A stretch of 64,000 bases of DNA from Azolla caroliniana (taxonomy: Eukaryota; Plantae; Polypodiophyta). Within the stretch, counting starts at the first letter, position 1. Each line of letters opens with the position of its first letter. The notes under the pieces were generated by a model. The model ran no database searches. It worked only from the letters and a program-made list of their open reading frames with translations, and was not told the origin of the DNA. This document shows, one piece after another, positions 38,757 to 52,843 of the stretch. A program made the translations under genes and the position numbers. Location: NCBI GenBank assembly GCA_043228905.1, contig JBHGNT010000021.1, positions 2,604,001 to 2,668,000 of the forward strand. The letters are read 5' to 3'.

Positions 38757-41700
38757 ATGGCAGCTTGGAAGGCCTTCCTGAACAGCCCTGTTGGACCCAA
38801 AACAACACATTTCTGGGGACCCGTAGCTAACTGGGGATTCGTGGCCGCGGTAAGAAGCTCCTCTTTCTGAATTTTTTTCTTTCTTTATTCTCTTTTTCTT
38901 TTTCTGTAAGTCTCTCTCTCTCTCTCTCTCTGATCTGTTGCATTGTTTTCTCAAATCTGTCTGCATAGATACATTCCTTTAGAACGTTTGCCAATTTTCG
39001 CTCAAATCTGTACCCGTAGGTAATTATTGGGTATATATAATCCTCTATCAAATATCATATTCAGTTTTTTCTGATTAGGTTCTTCATAAGTTGCTCCTTT
39101 CTTGGATCCACATTTTAGCCTTTTTTTGTTATCTTGAAGATTTTCTCGGATACGTAAATGGATGAGTTGAAACGGTTGTGCTCGTTGATCCTTAGGATCT
39201 GAAACTGTCCATCTATTGGATCTTTTGTTGACATTCAAGCATCAAAATTGCGCTTTTATTGGTGGTGTTGAGATTCAAGTATCTAACACTGTCATTCCAT
39301 TGAATATGTTGAGATCGAAGGATCTAAAGTGTATTTTCATTGGCTCTGTGTAAGAGTGCAAAGCTCATCACTTGGCCAAACGGGTTGCATCATATTGGGA
39401 AGTCACATCCTGTATTTTCTATACAAGATTTTTTCTCGTCAATATCCTGGAATGATTGCTTCATGCAACGAAGGTCCATCACATATAATATTCAGGGATT
39501 ATGTAATCTTTCAGAGGAAAATTGATCGTCAAGATTGTCAGAATGGCCACAGTCAAGGCCACTCAAGGTATATGATTCATAGTCACATATGTTACTCTAT
39601 CACTAGTTAATAAATAGTAGATTGTCCTATATGGTTGTGCATTGGCTGGCATACAGGGAGATTAGCTATAGACCTCTCTTAGTTGCAGTTTTATTATATA
39701 ATTGGGAACTTCCAAGTTTCCCTACGTATTTTCCATACAGATTCTCCACTTAAATTCTGTGCTTGTGGTAAAATTCTCCAAGCAATCCCCGTTTTTTAAG
39801 GGAGAATGCTATGAAATGAGACATTAACGTCTTGAGACAGTTGTTAGAACTGCCACAATGTGCCGCAATGTCCGTTGTAGAGATTGATTATGATGTTTAG
39901 GTGCATTTGAGGTGAGGTTTTAGGAGACCAGTGAACACGAGGGCGGGCAACGCCTAAGTTCAAAAAGTAGTAGACCGTGGACAAGTAGTGATGATTTACC
40001 ATGGATGATGATGTTATCTTATCATTTTCAAGAAGCTAATAACATGGCATATGATCTATGGGGTCGGTAGATGTGTTACAAGAGTCTCCCCTATCAAGGT
40101 TGCCAACTTTTTCAAGAGTATGCTTCTATTCAAACAAGGATCAAGTATGAATGCCTAGAAGGTGGGGATTGTGTTTATCAAAGAATTTCATCATTCCAAT
40201 ATGCATCATTTGGAGATCTATGTTTGCAAATTTATGTTTATAACTATATATAGTATAGGTTATTTCAATATTTTTTCGTTTTTTTGTTGGAACTAGTTTG
40301 CTTGATTTAAGGAAAGTAATTTCATTGCCATGCAAGCTTCATTGAGTCAATTCATATTCTTTCTTTTACATTATAGTCTATGGTAATGGCCATCTTCATC
40401 TTTGTGTCGTCCTTCATCTTCTTCAGTGTTTTCTTGGTAGATTCTTTTTTTTAGTACGTGCAAAATCAAATGCTAAATTGCGTTCTGGATTTATTGCAAA
40501 TAATTTGAATGCTATTCTCATCTAGTAACTGTAGACACTAATAACCATATGTGAATTTGTTTTTTTTATGGCTATGTCGAATTGTTTCCATGAATATAAG
40601 CTTTAATAGCTTAGATTATTTGAATTCATGCTTGAGGATGAATTCATAATTTGTATGGTAGTTGGATAACCATATTCAACCCAGAGATACTCTTTTGAGC
40701 TTGGCAGGTGATCTGTCCAGTTAGCATTGGGTTCCAATGTGTGGAGATGTGTACAAATTATTGCCTCGTAAACTAACTGTAGGTTAGGCACATAGTTCCC
40801 ACTATTTCAGAATGGAGAAATGAAAACAGTGAAGATACCAAACCCCACAAATGAACTGACTTGTAAACAGTCTAAATTCAATTCACACAAGTGAGTACCA
40901 TATGTAAATCTACAAGTCAAAATATAATGAGATTATACAACAAAAGTATAGGTTGCAAGTTGATTTGTTTTTTGTTAAGTTTAATTGTCAATTTACATTA
41001 GTTAATAGCATGTATAAATTTACAAACTAAAGTAGAATGAGGCGGCTATACAACAGAAGTATAGGTTGCAAGATCTACAAACCAAGATTTAAGATGGAAA
41101 TAAGGAGAGATGAGATCGTGGACAGCAAATGTGCCGGAGAGAGTGTAAGATGCAGAGAGTGAGAATCAGTGATAGGGTGCCTGTCCAAATGGCTGTGGTC
41201 TATGTGCATGAAATATTGCATAAAATATGACTTGTAGGTAGAGGAGTGATGGAGCTACAGGAGTTCATGATGATTCTTTGTTGATGAGATGTTGTGGTTG
41301 TATTGTTGACCTTCACTTCATGGTATGTCTCTTACGTTCAAGTAGAAATGGTCCCAAGCACTGGTCAAATGTGCATATGGCAAATTCATTAATAAGAAAG
41401 GAATATATGTTAATGACTTTTAAGAGGCCAAAATGGTCTATAAGACTGAATGAGAAATTACATCTTAAATTGTTGAATCATTGTTGAGAACATGAAAGAG
41501 AGATGATGATGGGGGCGTGGTTAGATCCAAAACACTAAGGGAGTGGGCTGCCGTGTGAGGAGAGAGAAAGTAGAGGAAACGGTGGAGAAAATGGAGAGGA
41601 AACCATAGCTGCAAAAGTCCCTCTCTCATTATGAGAGGTTTGGGACCAATACTTATTGATAAGTAACTTTTAGGTCATTCAGGCATGTTCACACATGGCC

Positions 41701-44700
41701 AATGACCAAAAGGTATAAAGATAATGTAAATTCCTATAACCCCCCAATTGGGGCCAAAAATATAGTAAATACGTGTCTAGAAAGCTCTCGAAGGGAGCTT
41801 TCACATGGAAGGGTCAAAAATATACAAAAAGGAGAGGCCTTGGTGCCTTTATCCCCAACACAACAAGCCAAAATAAATATAACTGAATATAGGGAACAAA
41901 GAATCTAGTTATTTAGGTAAGCAAGATAGACTGAAAATCCTGCCTTCGAAAAATCTCCAACATGGGCCCTTCGGGATGGAGAGAGATCTCTGAAGTGAGG
42001 GAAGCACATTCAGTGTTGGGTGATAATTACCTTTATTTGTCAATCTCAAGGATGACAGGGTCATTGCAGGACACACTGCATTATGGTTTGTGGATGAGTT
42101 CCTGTGATTATAGTGTTGTCCTTCATTTGCGTTGAGTTCTAGCAATAATGGTGTCAAGCACCATTGTTCTTCATATTCCATTACCTTGCACAGTGGGGCA
42201 AACCATTGTTTGAAGGGGCAATGCCATTTCCCTTTTATTTCAGTAAACAACTCAATGGTAGAGATATTTGTCTTCCAATTCCACCATCAAGGGTAGAACT
42301 GGCTGATCCCCTCTCTTGTGGATTTGCATACGTATCTGCCTATCAATTTTTAACTGATGTGAAGAGGTCTTGAGCTTCCCTGTCATACTATAGACCACAT
42401 GGGTTAGATGTGTATGAATATAAGATGGCCTAATAATAATCCATCCCATGATGTATGTAAATAGAGTGCCTTATAGTGGGCCATCTTCCTACTGAGAGCT
42501 GTTTTGGAACTATCCATGTTCCATTATCCAATTTAATGATATCAGAATGTATCACTCTATTCTTTTCCACTCTAGTCTTGTTCAATGAGGACAATCCAAG
42601 CTATATTGGTAAATTGGGGTAGTGTGTGTACACTTGAGCCCCACAATTGGAACTATGTTTGCATTTCAGCATACCATCAACAATTATGTCCATGTTCAAC
42701 AAGCTGTTTGATGAGATAAGTGCCAGTCTTGAGTACCTTTGGTGATGGAGCTCCCAAATCCGTTGGATACCAGTCACTGATTAGAATAATGCCTTGGTTG
42801 ATATGGGGGCTGCTCTGAGCTCCCCTTGGATTATATCATGGTGCACTGGTTCTTTGCTTCTTATCACGGGCGCAATTATTGAGAATAAAAATCTCTCCAA
42901 ATCTGTCCAGTTATGTGCCCTATGCAGGCATGGTCCCCAATTTTTTCCTCCATAGAGAAGAGTTGAGAAATGAGTCTTGAGCAATAAGGAGGGAGGTAGA
43001 AAGAAAGAAAACTGTATTAACGTCTTTTAAGAGGCCAAAATGGCCTATAAGACCAAACAAGAGATTACATCTTAAGTGTTGTCTCATCTTTGCGAACAAC
43101 AAATCAAAATAAAATAAGTATGACTAAGAGAAAAGAAAAGCGAAACAACATTAATAAACAATAGAATACATTTTTGGATTACAAGAAATGAACACATCTG
43201 TTTTCTCTTTTCTATATGGTAATAGGAGAGTAACTTGGAAGAACTGTTTAGGGTTTAGTTGCTGAAATAGCGCAAAATGATCTCTATGTTTCTAGATAAC
43301 AGATGATTATATCATCTTCTATTAATTTCCGAAATACAGAAAGGGCATCAGTCTTTGTGTTCAAAAGGTTATTAACTTCCTTATTGAGAACAATTTAGTT
43401 TCTTGGATGCAAAATTAAGTCTTAGTGAGTCTAAAATCTTATGGAGGTCTTGCTTCTAAAATATTTCTGCAGTTGTGAAATTGTAGTTGAATTTATGATT
43501 CCATCTGTGTTTGTCACACTCTGGAAGTTCCATAGGTGTATTTCTAAATGAGCAAGTGATATGGCTACCCAGAAATCTCCTGTAACTAGCAAAATGTTTT
43601 GCTTAGGACCGTTTCTAGAATATTAAATGGTGGTTATTTTGTTAGTCTATTAAATGGATAGTTTACCTTGTAATTTTCCAATAACAATGTTCATAATTTA
43701 CATTCAAACGTAAAAAATTTAAAATTATTAGCTAGTAAATCCTCCAAATTGTGCTATGTTGCTGTCTTGTTTCTATCTTTCTATATTTCAGTAAAATCTG
43801 AAAGAATGTAATATGTAAGAACAATACATTATTTTTCTATTCCATTAGTCAAAGACAGTGATTGTATGATGCATTGTAATTCATGTTTTCATATAATCCA
43901 ATTTCAATGGTTTTGTACAGTTTGTATCTCTATGTGGCTCTCCACACTAATCACCACCTTTTCTTTAAGGTTTACCTTATCTAGTTAATGTTTATATATG
44001 ATGAACAGGGTTTGGTGGATACACAACGTCCACCAGAAGTCATATCTGGCAACATGACATCAGGTATTGTTTCCTGCCATAGTTATTCTGTTTATTAGTA
44101 CTACACAGTCTATTGTTTTGAGAAGACTAGTTTGAAAAGCTATATTTGAGGATCATGTGTTTTATTTATTTATGAAGACATGCATACGATGCTTATCTCT
44201 CTTGGCTACATTTATATGAAGACATAAATATGATGCTTATCTCTCTTGGCTACATTTATAGATGACTACTGATTCCTAAATCTCTCTTATGGAGTTTTCT
44301 CAGTGTTGTTTCATACTATTTTGCAATGTGTTGTGAAGACATATCAAATGTGCTCGATATTCCTAGGATTATGAAAACGTTAGGGTTTATATGCCAAATA
44401 ATTTGTCATTTATTCCTGCACGGGATTCAATGACAAAGATCACATCACTTGCTAAAAGAAGAATGTGGACTGGTATACCTCATATGTCAATTCCCTAGCT
44501 GCCTACAAGTGTGATGTAGCTCCGTGTGTATGTACCATCTGAAGAAAGTAGGGGAGAGTGGGCATCCTTGCTTCACATGGATGCTACTTGTGGGGACATC
44601 TGATAGCCCACTGGACTCCTAACTCATCCCATTACTTCCTCATATAGTGCATATGTCAAATAGATAATGTCAAAGGGGATTTTGAGTGCATGGAATCCTT

Positions 44701-45805
44701 GTCAGAAATGTTCCTTTGGTAAAATATCAAAGGCCTTGCAGAAATCTACAGAGCATCCATACAATTGTGATCTATGTTCCGTTGCTTGGTCCACCAAACA
44801 ATGTAATGTAAGGATGTGGTCAGTGGTAGAGCAAGCTCTCCTAACTTGCACTTGGCCTAGGGTTCGTATCTTGTCAATCTCAGTGAAGTTTTGAGCTCGA
44901 TTTCAAACCCCTCTTAAAGTTTAATGAATGCATGGCCAATCATAACCGCTGGAGGCTCCATAGTTTGAGGGGTCCCCTGACTTATGGAGAGGTCCTCCAC
45001 CATGCCCTATTGAAGATGTGTGCGAGGATAGGGGCAATTTTGCTCACTACATATAGGTGTTCACCTTCTAGTCCTGTGTGGTTAGATGATTGTCTATGTT
45101 GAAGGCGCTGAGTGGTCTTCTCAACCTTGTATGAGGTGAAGAAGGTGGAGGTAGTAGGGTGAGACTCTGATGGTTGTGGTCTGGGTTATTGGTGAGGGAT
45201 ATGACACAAGTTTTATGCATAAGAATGCCATAGTTGTGGATCCTCAATTGAAGTTGGGGCTGAGGTTCTGTGATACGTTACAATGTGTCACACATAGCAT
45301 AATGTTCTCAATATGCTGCAAAATAACATGTAATTGATTGCCAACTTTTGTAAACAAGAAGCACTTTTGCAACTAATGTGATGTTTGGTATATATATATA
45401 TATAGCCAACTAACCACTGTTTTTTGTATGCAGCAATGTGTGTCTACTCTGCTCTCTTTATGAGGTTTGCATGGATGGTGCAGCCACGCAACTATCTGCT
45501 GCTTACTTGCCATGCAGCTAATGAGAGTGTGCAGTTGTATCAATTATCTCGATGGGCTACCGCCAATGGGTAAAAACATTGTTTAATTGTATAGGGCCAT
45601 AATGATAACAATTATCGTAGCCCAACGTTTTCAAAATTAACAGAATTTGTACCCTCTCAATTGTAGGGGCTATTTTGGTATTTTCTTCCATTGGTTCTAT
45701 AATTTTAAGTGGCTTTCTTTAATTATGTTCTCCTGTTTGTTTTCGAGTGCCAGATATCTTGGGGATAGGAAGCCCTCAGAAGATACATCACCGACATCAA
45801 GTTAG
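38757..45805 (+). CDS. MPC1: Mitochondrial pyruvate carrier 1; exons 38757-38849, 44009-44063, 45434-45569, 45754-45805
   Basis: Spliced translation [31 protein letters not shown]|[18 protein letters not shown]|[46 protein letters not shown]|[20 protein letters not shown] introns with consistent phases. The ORF track misses it. Confidence 0.95.
44168..44260. repeat. ~49-bp tandem duplication in an MPC1 intron
   Basis: tatgaagacat..ata.gatgcttatctctcttggctacatttata occurs twice. Confidence 0.8.
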
Positions 45806-48800
45806 GAAAGGTTAATCAGATTTTTTTTTTTCCAATTGTTATTGATGGAGGGATGCAAGCTCTGTCTCTCTCTATCTCTCTCTCCCTCCCTCTCTCTCAT
45901 CTTTGTAGAGACTAGGGTAATCTCATGACATCATAATTTTACAGTGCGACATAGTTGTATTATGTCTCTTTATTATAAATGCTCATGTAACTGGAGTATG
46001 AATGTGTGCGAATGAAGTGATAATGGCAAATCAATAATGATATTGTTGAAAATCTCGATTACTAGGCTATTTTAAACAATTTGATTATTCCCACAAGCTT
46101 ATTCCAACTGGATAGTTGCTATTTATTTAATTATGGCACTGATACCCATGGATTTACTAAAAGATGTCCATGTGTTGAAGGCTTTAGTATGCTGGAGTTA
46201 AAATTCACATCATGGAGGACCCCACAGTATCTAATGTTCCTTTAACGATGTGATACCTCACTCTGGGTAAGCATTTGACCCTTCCACCTCTCACAAGGAC
46301 CACTGAATGTTCCTGCAAATTATGGCCAATACCTGGTATGACCAATATCTTTTACAAATCATATTTGGTTCATTTCAGATTCTGTACAGTAGATCTTAAA
46401 CAAATGTAAATGCTAATGGAAATTCTAACCATCAGAAAATAAATGAGCATTCTTTTTTTGTGCAATTAGATCAAGCATAACATAGAATAGTCATGAAAAT
46501 GACATTAATTCTCCAATTTATTGCTTCTGTAAAAGCAATATCTGGGCATTGTGGAGAGCAAGAGGGAGAGAACTGGCCGTTATTTGAATTTGGAGTTTCT
46601 CCAGATGGTAGTATACTAGTAGGTGAAGATACACATAAATTTGTGTGGGAATTTATCAGTGATTACTATTTGCGAGGAACAAAGATGTCAATTTCTGGTT
46701 CAATTGTAAAGAAGTTAAATTTATATTGATCATGGTGGCATAGTAATGCATGCTTATGTATTTACAGACAGTGTTGGTAGGTTCTAGAGATGGGTAATGT
46801 TTGTTGTGGGCTATAAGCAGTTATTCATATTTCTTGCATTCGTTTATCTTCCACTATCAAAGGTTTGAAAGTAATCTAACTTTGCCAAGTTAATGCACTA
46901 GGGATGGATTCATCTCTGGTCTGGGGTAGCCACAACTATTTAAATCTGCTCCTTACACCCCCCTTCACTTGAGGACACTGCTTGTTCTGCATCTTTATAG
47001 TCAATTGCAGAAGGATAATGAGATCAAGGTTTGATGCAACTTGCATCCGTAATCTATGGGATGTAGTGCAATATGTTTTTGGGATGGCAATGAATGTGTA
47101 TTAGTCTTTAAAACTTTAATGTTTGTTCCTTAACCTCTACATCCCATGTGAATAACAATGTGAAGCATTGCCTCTTGCAAACATCACCATGAATCAACAT
47201 TTGCAAATAGCTAGAGGGATAATCCCGCAGAGAAAAAATTGCAATTGGCATTTAGTATCGACCATAGTTACACTTGATTGATTTCAGTTATTGATTAAAA
47301 ATGCAAACTCCTTTTTCCATAGTTTAAAGCAGTTTGCAAACTCATTTCTCGAAGAAGTTAACAAGATGGTATCTTTTTTCTTTAACCATGATTGCATGAT
47401 GCATTGGGTCACATGTATTTAATTGCTTCATAGTAGTGAACCAATTTTCGACAAAAACTTGTGGCTACTATGAATTTCTCATAGGTGGGGTTATAACTAT
47501 ATCCTTCATGTGTGTTTACCCTTTGAGCTTGAAGATTACCCTTTGAGTGTGTTTTGGATGACTATTTCCATACTCTTTGACACCAATTGATTACTTAACT
47601 TTGTGTTCTTTTATTACTTAAGGAGGTAAATGCGAATTTCTCTATATGTCTTTCCTCATTTTTGTTGTTACATTGCAGAAAAAATAGACATTTTTTAATT
47701 GTTGGTCATCCTCTCATCATCTTGGTTGTTTTTGTTGGCACTTCCCTCGAATGTCCTTAGTATCTATAGGCAATGTTATTAGGTAAGTACTTTCTTGAAC
47801 AAGCCAAAACATTGGTGCAACACACCTCTTCATTACGATTCCAAATTGTGATTATCTAATTTATGCTTATTGTTATCACTAGCTAATCACATGAATCTTG
47901 AGAGAATTTTCTACCTTTTCCATTGATTAACATGGAATAATCATTAAGGGTGTGAAGCTTGTCTACATTGTGTTTTGAGAGAGAGAAGCTTGGTTTAGTT
48001 AGTGTGCACTAGTGTGAACATGGTCATCAAGGCTAAACAAACCAAGATTTCATATGCCTATGGATATGGTTATACTCGATGATAAAAGGGCAATACACAA
48101 CACAAGGAATGAACAACATGCATGTATATGATTTCGTCCTTTGTTCATCAAAATAATATTCAGGCTTTGAGTGTCAATGAGAAGCAATGGGTTTAATTCA
48201 TGAGATACATGGTGAGCAGGTCAATGGCATGTTGCAAGGGAAAAGTTCAGTTTAGAACTCTCTTTTTATCATAAGTACCTTACCCTACTAGTAAGTTGTT
48301 ACACTACAAGCAATATGTCTTGGGTTTGAAACCCATTTATCTCACCTCTCTATTACATAGAACTTCATACATGTCTCTTTTAATTCCCTAGATGGCATTA
48401 TGGAATGTAGGGGTTGAACCCATGACCACCCCCCCGTCTCCATTTGGCAACCTTACCAATTGAGTTACATCCATCTGGGTTTACACTTTGCACATCAAAC
48501 TACATTTGATGCACGTAGCTACGAAACCATATTCTTCATTGATTGAAGAAACCACACACATCTATGCATGTTGGAGCCATTCCGTTGTCTCCCATCCAAA
48601 CAATTACTTCCATACGAGATAGCTGACAACCACTATGACGTGAGATAGGGCGTTGGAGCTCAAGCTCTGCCTTTGATCACATATGACTATGCTTTCCACA
48701 CATCTACGAACAAACACCAATCCTCACACAAATTTCTCTCATGTTCCCACAAAGGTATTTACGTGAACAATGTGATATCTTCAGTCTCATGGGTTATAAT

Positions 48801-48929
48801 TTATGATTTCCAAAGACGAGAATAAAATGTGAGTGTGTGTGTGTGTGTGTGTGTGCTTTCTTACTCTTATGGTATTATTATGTACATATATGTAGGGACT
48901 TGTGTGAACACACCCTTAAGAAACGTGAG

Positions 48930-48975
48930 AGGGGCCCAAATACTAGGGTTTCCTTGGAAGCAAAATAGGGTTTAT
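48930..48975 (+). promoter_or_regulatory. Site II-like (GGGCCCA) element plus two telo-boxes (TAGGGTTT) upstream of UTP18
   Basis: ggggcccaaa at 48931; tagggttt at ~48944 and ~48966. This pairing is typical of plant ribosome-biogenesis promoters. Confidence 0.6.
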
Positions 48976-49043
48976 TCCTTCCTACTACAGAGACTTAAGA
49001 AGTTCTTCTCTCCTCCTCCTCCTCCTCCTCCTCTTCTACTGTC

Positions 49044-50711
49044 ATGGAATCTCTGCCTCTGGTGCCCACCAACAAGCACAGGAAAAGGAAGAAGAACAGG
49101 CATGACGACTATGACGACGACGACGAAGAAGAAGAAGAAGAAGGAGAAGAAGTTCAAATAAACTCTAAGAATCGCCTCAAAGAAGCTGAGGAAGCTTCTC
49201 TACTGGAAAGCGTTCTGTTTGGTAAGCTTCGAGATCCTTCTTCGCTTGAGTTTGGCTATGAGTTTGCAGACGAAAACGAAGCTTTAGCGGGATTTCACAA
49301 GAAAGAAAAGGAGCTGGATGGCGATGATCTAGGAGAGATATTAGAAGGAGAGACAAAGTCTGTAAGAACAAGGAAACCTGTTTGGGATGATGAAGAAGAG
49401 AATGAGACTAGGGTTAATATTTCAAATGTGAATAGGTTAAGGAAGTTGTTGAAGGTTGGAGAAGATGGAACAGTGTCAGGTAAAGAGTATGTGGCCAGAC
49501 TTAGAGATTTTCATGGAAAGCTTAATACAGGAAATGAATGGGCTAAGCTTCCTTTTGAGAAAGCAAAGAACAAGAATTTACGGAAATGTTTAGAACTTGA
49601 TGAGAGCGAGAACGAATATGATTATAATAGTGATGGTGATAATTTTATTGATGCCAATGGTTACGTTGATAATGATGATGAACAAATATCCCACATTTTG
49701 AAGAGTACTAAAGAACTGGTGGTGAAAAACAAATCTAGATTGCCATCTGGTATCATTGGCATATCGAAAATGAGAGATGCTAATGCCGAAGAGCCTTCAA
49801 ATGGTGTAATTCAATCGGTTCAATTCCATAGAAATGCTCAAATTTTACTGTCGGCTGGATTTGATAAGAGAATAAGGTTGTTCCAAATTGATGGAAAAAG
49901 AAATCCTAAAATCCAAAGCATTTTTCTCGATAATTTTCCAATCCAAAAGGCATCGTTTGTTCCTGATGGCTCTAAGGTCATTGCCAGTGGAAGAAGAAAA
50001 TTTTATTATATGTATGATATGAATGGGGGCGCGATAGAGAAAATGGAGCCTCTCTTTGGTCGTGAAGAAAAAAGCTTAGAAAGCTTTGAAGTCTCTTCAG
50101 ATTCGAAAACTATTGCTTTTTTGGGTAATGATGGATATATCCTTTTAGCGTCATTAAAAAGCAAACAATTGATTGGAACAATGAAAATGAATGGATCAGT
50201 GAGGGCAATATCATTTACTCGAGGTGGTAAAGAATTGCTGAGTTTCGGTGGAGATGGAGAGGTATACCAGTGGGACATTGGTACAAGAAAGTGCATTTAT
50301 AAAGGTAGAGATGATGGTTGTATAAAAGGAACCACTCTAGCTTCATCGTCCGATAGTAATCTCTTTGCAACAGGATCAAACAGTGGTGTGGTTAATCTCT
50401 ACGACCATGGAAAGTTTGTTAATGGAGATATCAAACCTATTAAGTCTTTTATGAATCTTGTGACTACAATTGATACATTGAAGTTCAATCCTGATGCTCA
50501 AATTCTAGCTATGACATCAAAGATGAAGCAAGGTGGTCTCAAGTTAGTTCATTTACCATCTTACACCGTTTTCTCAAATTGGCCCACAATGAGGACACCT
50601 TTGCATTTTGTTCATTCATTGGATTTCAGCCCTGGTGGAGGTTATTTGGCTGTGGGTAATGCTGCGGGAAAGGTGCTTTTGTTTAGGTTACAACACTATG
50701 AAAGGGCTTGA
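49044..50711 (+). CDS. UTP18: U3 snoRNA-associated protein 18 (WD40 repeat), single exon, 555 aa
   Basis: LESVLFG, KPVWDDEEE, RLRKL, DANAEEPS, SVQFHRNAQ, LFQIDGKRNPKIQS, LKLVHLPSYTVFSNWP and DFSPGGGYLAVGNAAGKVLLFRLQHY are UTP18 hallmarks. Confidence 0.95.
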   Translation: MESLPLVPTNKHRKRKKNRHDDYDDDDEEEEEEGEEVQINSKNRLKEAEEASLLESVLFGKLRDPSSLEFGYEFADENEALAGFHKKEKELDGDDLGEILEGETKSVRTRKPVWDDEEENETRVNISNVNRLRKLLKVGEDGTVSGKEYVARLRDFHGKLNTGNEWAKLPFEKAKNKNLRKCLELDESENEYDYNSDGDNFIDANGYVDNDDEQISHILKSTKELVVKNKSRLPSGIIGISKMRDANAEEPSNGVIQSVQFHRNAQILLSAGFDKRIRLFQIDGKRNPKIQSIFLDNFPIQKASFVPDGSKVIASGRRKFYYMYDMNGGAIEKMEPLFGREEKSLESFEVSSDSKTIAFLGNDGYILLASLKSKQLIGTMKMNGSVRAISFTRGGKELLSFGGDGEVYQWDIGTRKCIYKGRDDGCIKGTTLASSSDSNLFATGSNSGVVNLYDHGKFVNGDIKPIKSFMNLVTTIDTLKFNPDAQILAMTSKMKQGGLKLVHLPSYTVFSNWPTMRTPLHFVHSLDFSPGGGYLAVGNAAGKVLLFRLQHYERA

Positions 50712-51810
50712 AATGAAATTGTCTCAATTGTGAAAGGTTTTATAGTTTGGATGAATCACTATGAAGATGGTTATCACTTACAATGAATGTTCTATGAGAA
50801 AGATGTCCTTACATGAAATTCTTCCTTTGTGCTTCCATCTCCGGAGTCCTTTTTTGATGTTTTTACACTTTTCTATGTGATAGTGGGAGGACATAAAAAA
50901 CATTGAATAGTTAATATTGTACTAAAAGAAAAACCCTAAATATTTAAAATACTGAGACAATGAAATAGAGAGCATTAACAGCAAAAGATGATGGAAGCAT
51001 TTATCTTAATAATATTAAAAAATTAACTACACACTTCAAACTGTAGACTAACATTGAGGCTTTAATACTGTGATGCAATATACATGGGATTCCCATTTTA
51101 GTGCTCAATAGGAAATTAGAAGAGTGAACTAGATGACTTAATACTGTGATCTTCAAGTACATGTTATCCAGTGGAACATGCAGGAAAACAAATTACAAGT
51201 CTACATGATAATCTTCTTTGTGCATGGATAAGGTAGGTATTTGTTTGAATGAATGATATCAGTAAAATTGATTTGATTCATTTTGCAACGTTATATATCT
51301 TAATGTGATATATCTTGACCATGTCTATATATAAAAAATGTGGGGAGTTTAATTGGTAACATTTTCAATCTTTAAGCAGGAATTGGTTAATTGGCATGGA
51401 TATTTGAATTTAGGTAGTTTCTCATTGTACTTTAATATATAATGTCTTGAGAACGTTTAGTTTTTGAAATGGGTAAATAACATGGACAATTATGATTGTT
51501 CACTAATGGTTGAATTCAATTGGGAGAACCAAACAACATGATACACGTCACTCTAAACAAAATATTATTAATAACTATTATACGAACACAAGAATGAGGA
51601 TGGTAATGGTGACAATCATGATTGTGATAATGACCAAAATTAAGATGATGATGATTCTAATTATTTAATGTCATACAACTAATTAGCATAAGAATGACGT
51701 CCTAATGATGATGAAGATGTTAATTTAACATGTGGATTTGAGATTATGGATTTCAAACTATCAAGACATGCACATGTACATGTGAGATGTCAAATAAATA
51801 CATTGTCCAA

Positions 51811-52260
51811 TCATTGGTAATATGATGGAATGTATAGTTCGGCAAGCTCATAAATGCAATGATGGTCGACTAAGGGAAGTGGTGAAGTGTCGAGCATCCA
51901 AAGGAGATGTTCAAACAAGACAACCTCACAACCAAGCAATGGTCCAAGACTTTGGTCCACACCTAGAAATCTAGACCTTTCCAATAATGCCTTGAACAAA
52001 GGGTGGTGTAAGTGTAGCCCTTTGATGATGAAGCGTCTCTTGGACTCACCAATGTACACTGCCTCAAAGCCATCTGGTGGAAACCGCATTGCCATAACAT
52101 CAATATTATTGTTGTCGATATCAATTGTAGTTGTATTGGGAATCATCATCTTATGGCCTTTTGGAGCACTCCTAATAAACTTTTGTGCATTACTCTCTTG
52201 GATTGATGTGCACACCCTCATGCATACTAGTTGTTGCCATTTCTTTGTGATACCTTTCAT
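51811..52260 (-). CDS. SAUR: SAUR (small auxin-up RNA) family protein, intronless, 149 aa
   Basis: PDGFEAVYIGESKRRFII...LHHPLFKALLERS...GCEVVLFEHLLWML. The last motif marks the SAUR76-78-like clade. Confidence 0.88.
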   Translation of the reverse strand: MKGITKKWQQLVCMRVCTSIQESNAQKFIRSAPKGHKMMIPNTTTIDIDNNNIDVMAMRFPPDGFEAVYIGESKRRFIIKGLHLHHPLFKALLERSRFLGVDQSLGPLLGCEVVLFEHLLWMLDTSPLPLVDHHCIYELAELYIPSYYQ

Positions 52261-52289
52261 GTTCTAGCACTGATTGATAAATAGAGGCA

Positions 52290-52290
<1 letters not shown>

Positions 52291-52321
<31 letters not shown>
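52291..52321. repeat. (CT)n/(GA)n microsatellite in the SAUR leader
   Basis: Seen directly. Confidence 0.9.
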
Positions 52322-52323
<2 letters not shown>

Positions 52324-52825
52324 TGCTAAAAGCACACAATTATATTCATTGTATGTAAAATCCACAATTACAACACTTCTTAGACTCTTCTACCTACCTA
52401 TATTATGTAGGGAGAGGGACGCCCATTAATGCCATTAGAGAACCAGAATATGCATTTGAGGAAATGATCCCCACAAGCTCTAACATCCATAAATTTTACA
52501 TAAGAATACATTTTCAACTTCTTCATATAGGCTTTCACCCCATGTTTACTATCAAACATCAAAGCATTACGCATATTCCAATTGTGTTGTATTCCCTAAT
52601 AACGTAAAAATTGGAACAATATCTTCATCTCATCAATTTGAACAATTTTGAACATACGAAGAAAAAACCCATTGTTGAGGTCTCAAATAACAGCGAGTTA
52701 AAACTTGCCAAACCTCTGATAAATGCTTCCAAATGGTACATACTATAGGACATTTAATGACCATATGTGTATTGTCAAATAGAATGGTGCAAAAGAAACA
52801 AGCGTCTGACCCTAGTCCTCGTCTC

Positions 52826-52843
52826 TGTCTCTGTCTCTGTCTC
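52826..52843. promoter_or_regulatory. Three tandem TGTCTC auxin-response elements upstream of SAUR
   Basis: tgtctc tgtctc tgtctc, about 570 bp upstream of the SAUR ATG. Function is inferred. Confidence 0.45.

Noticed and set aside
41790-41812. Palindrome gaaagctctcgaagggagctttc
   Set aside because: Short motif of a kind common in plant repeat remnants, with no further support.
49044-50711. UTP18 as a processed retrocopy
   Set aside because: The ORF is intact, the promoter has appropriate telo-box and site II motifs, and there is no poly(A) or TSD. It is more likely the normal gene.
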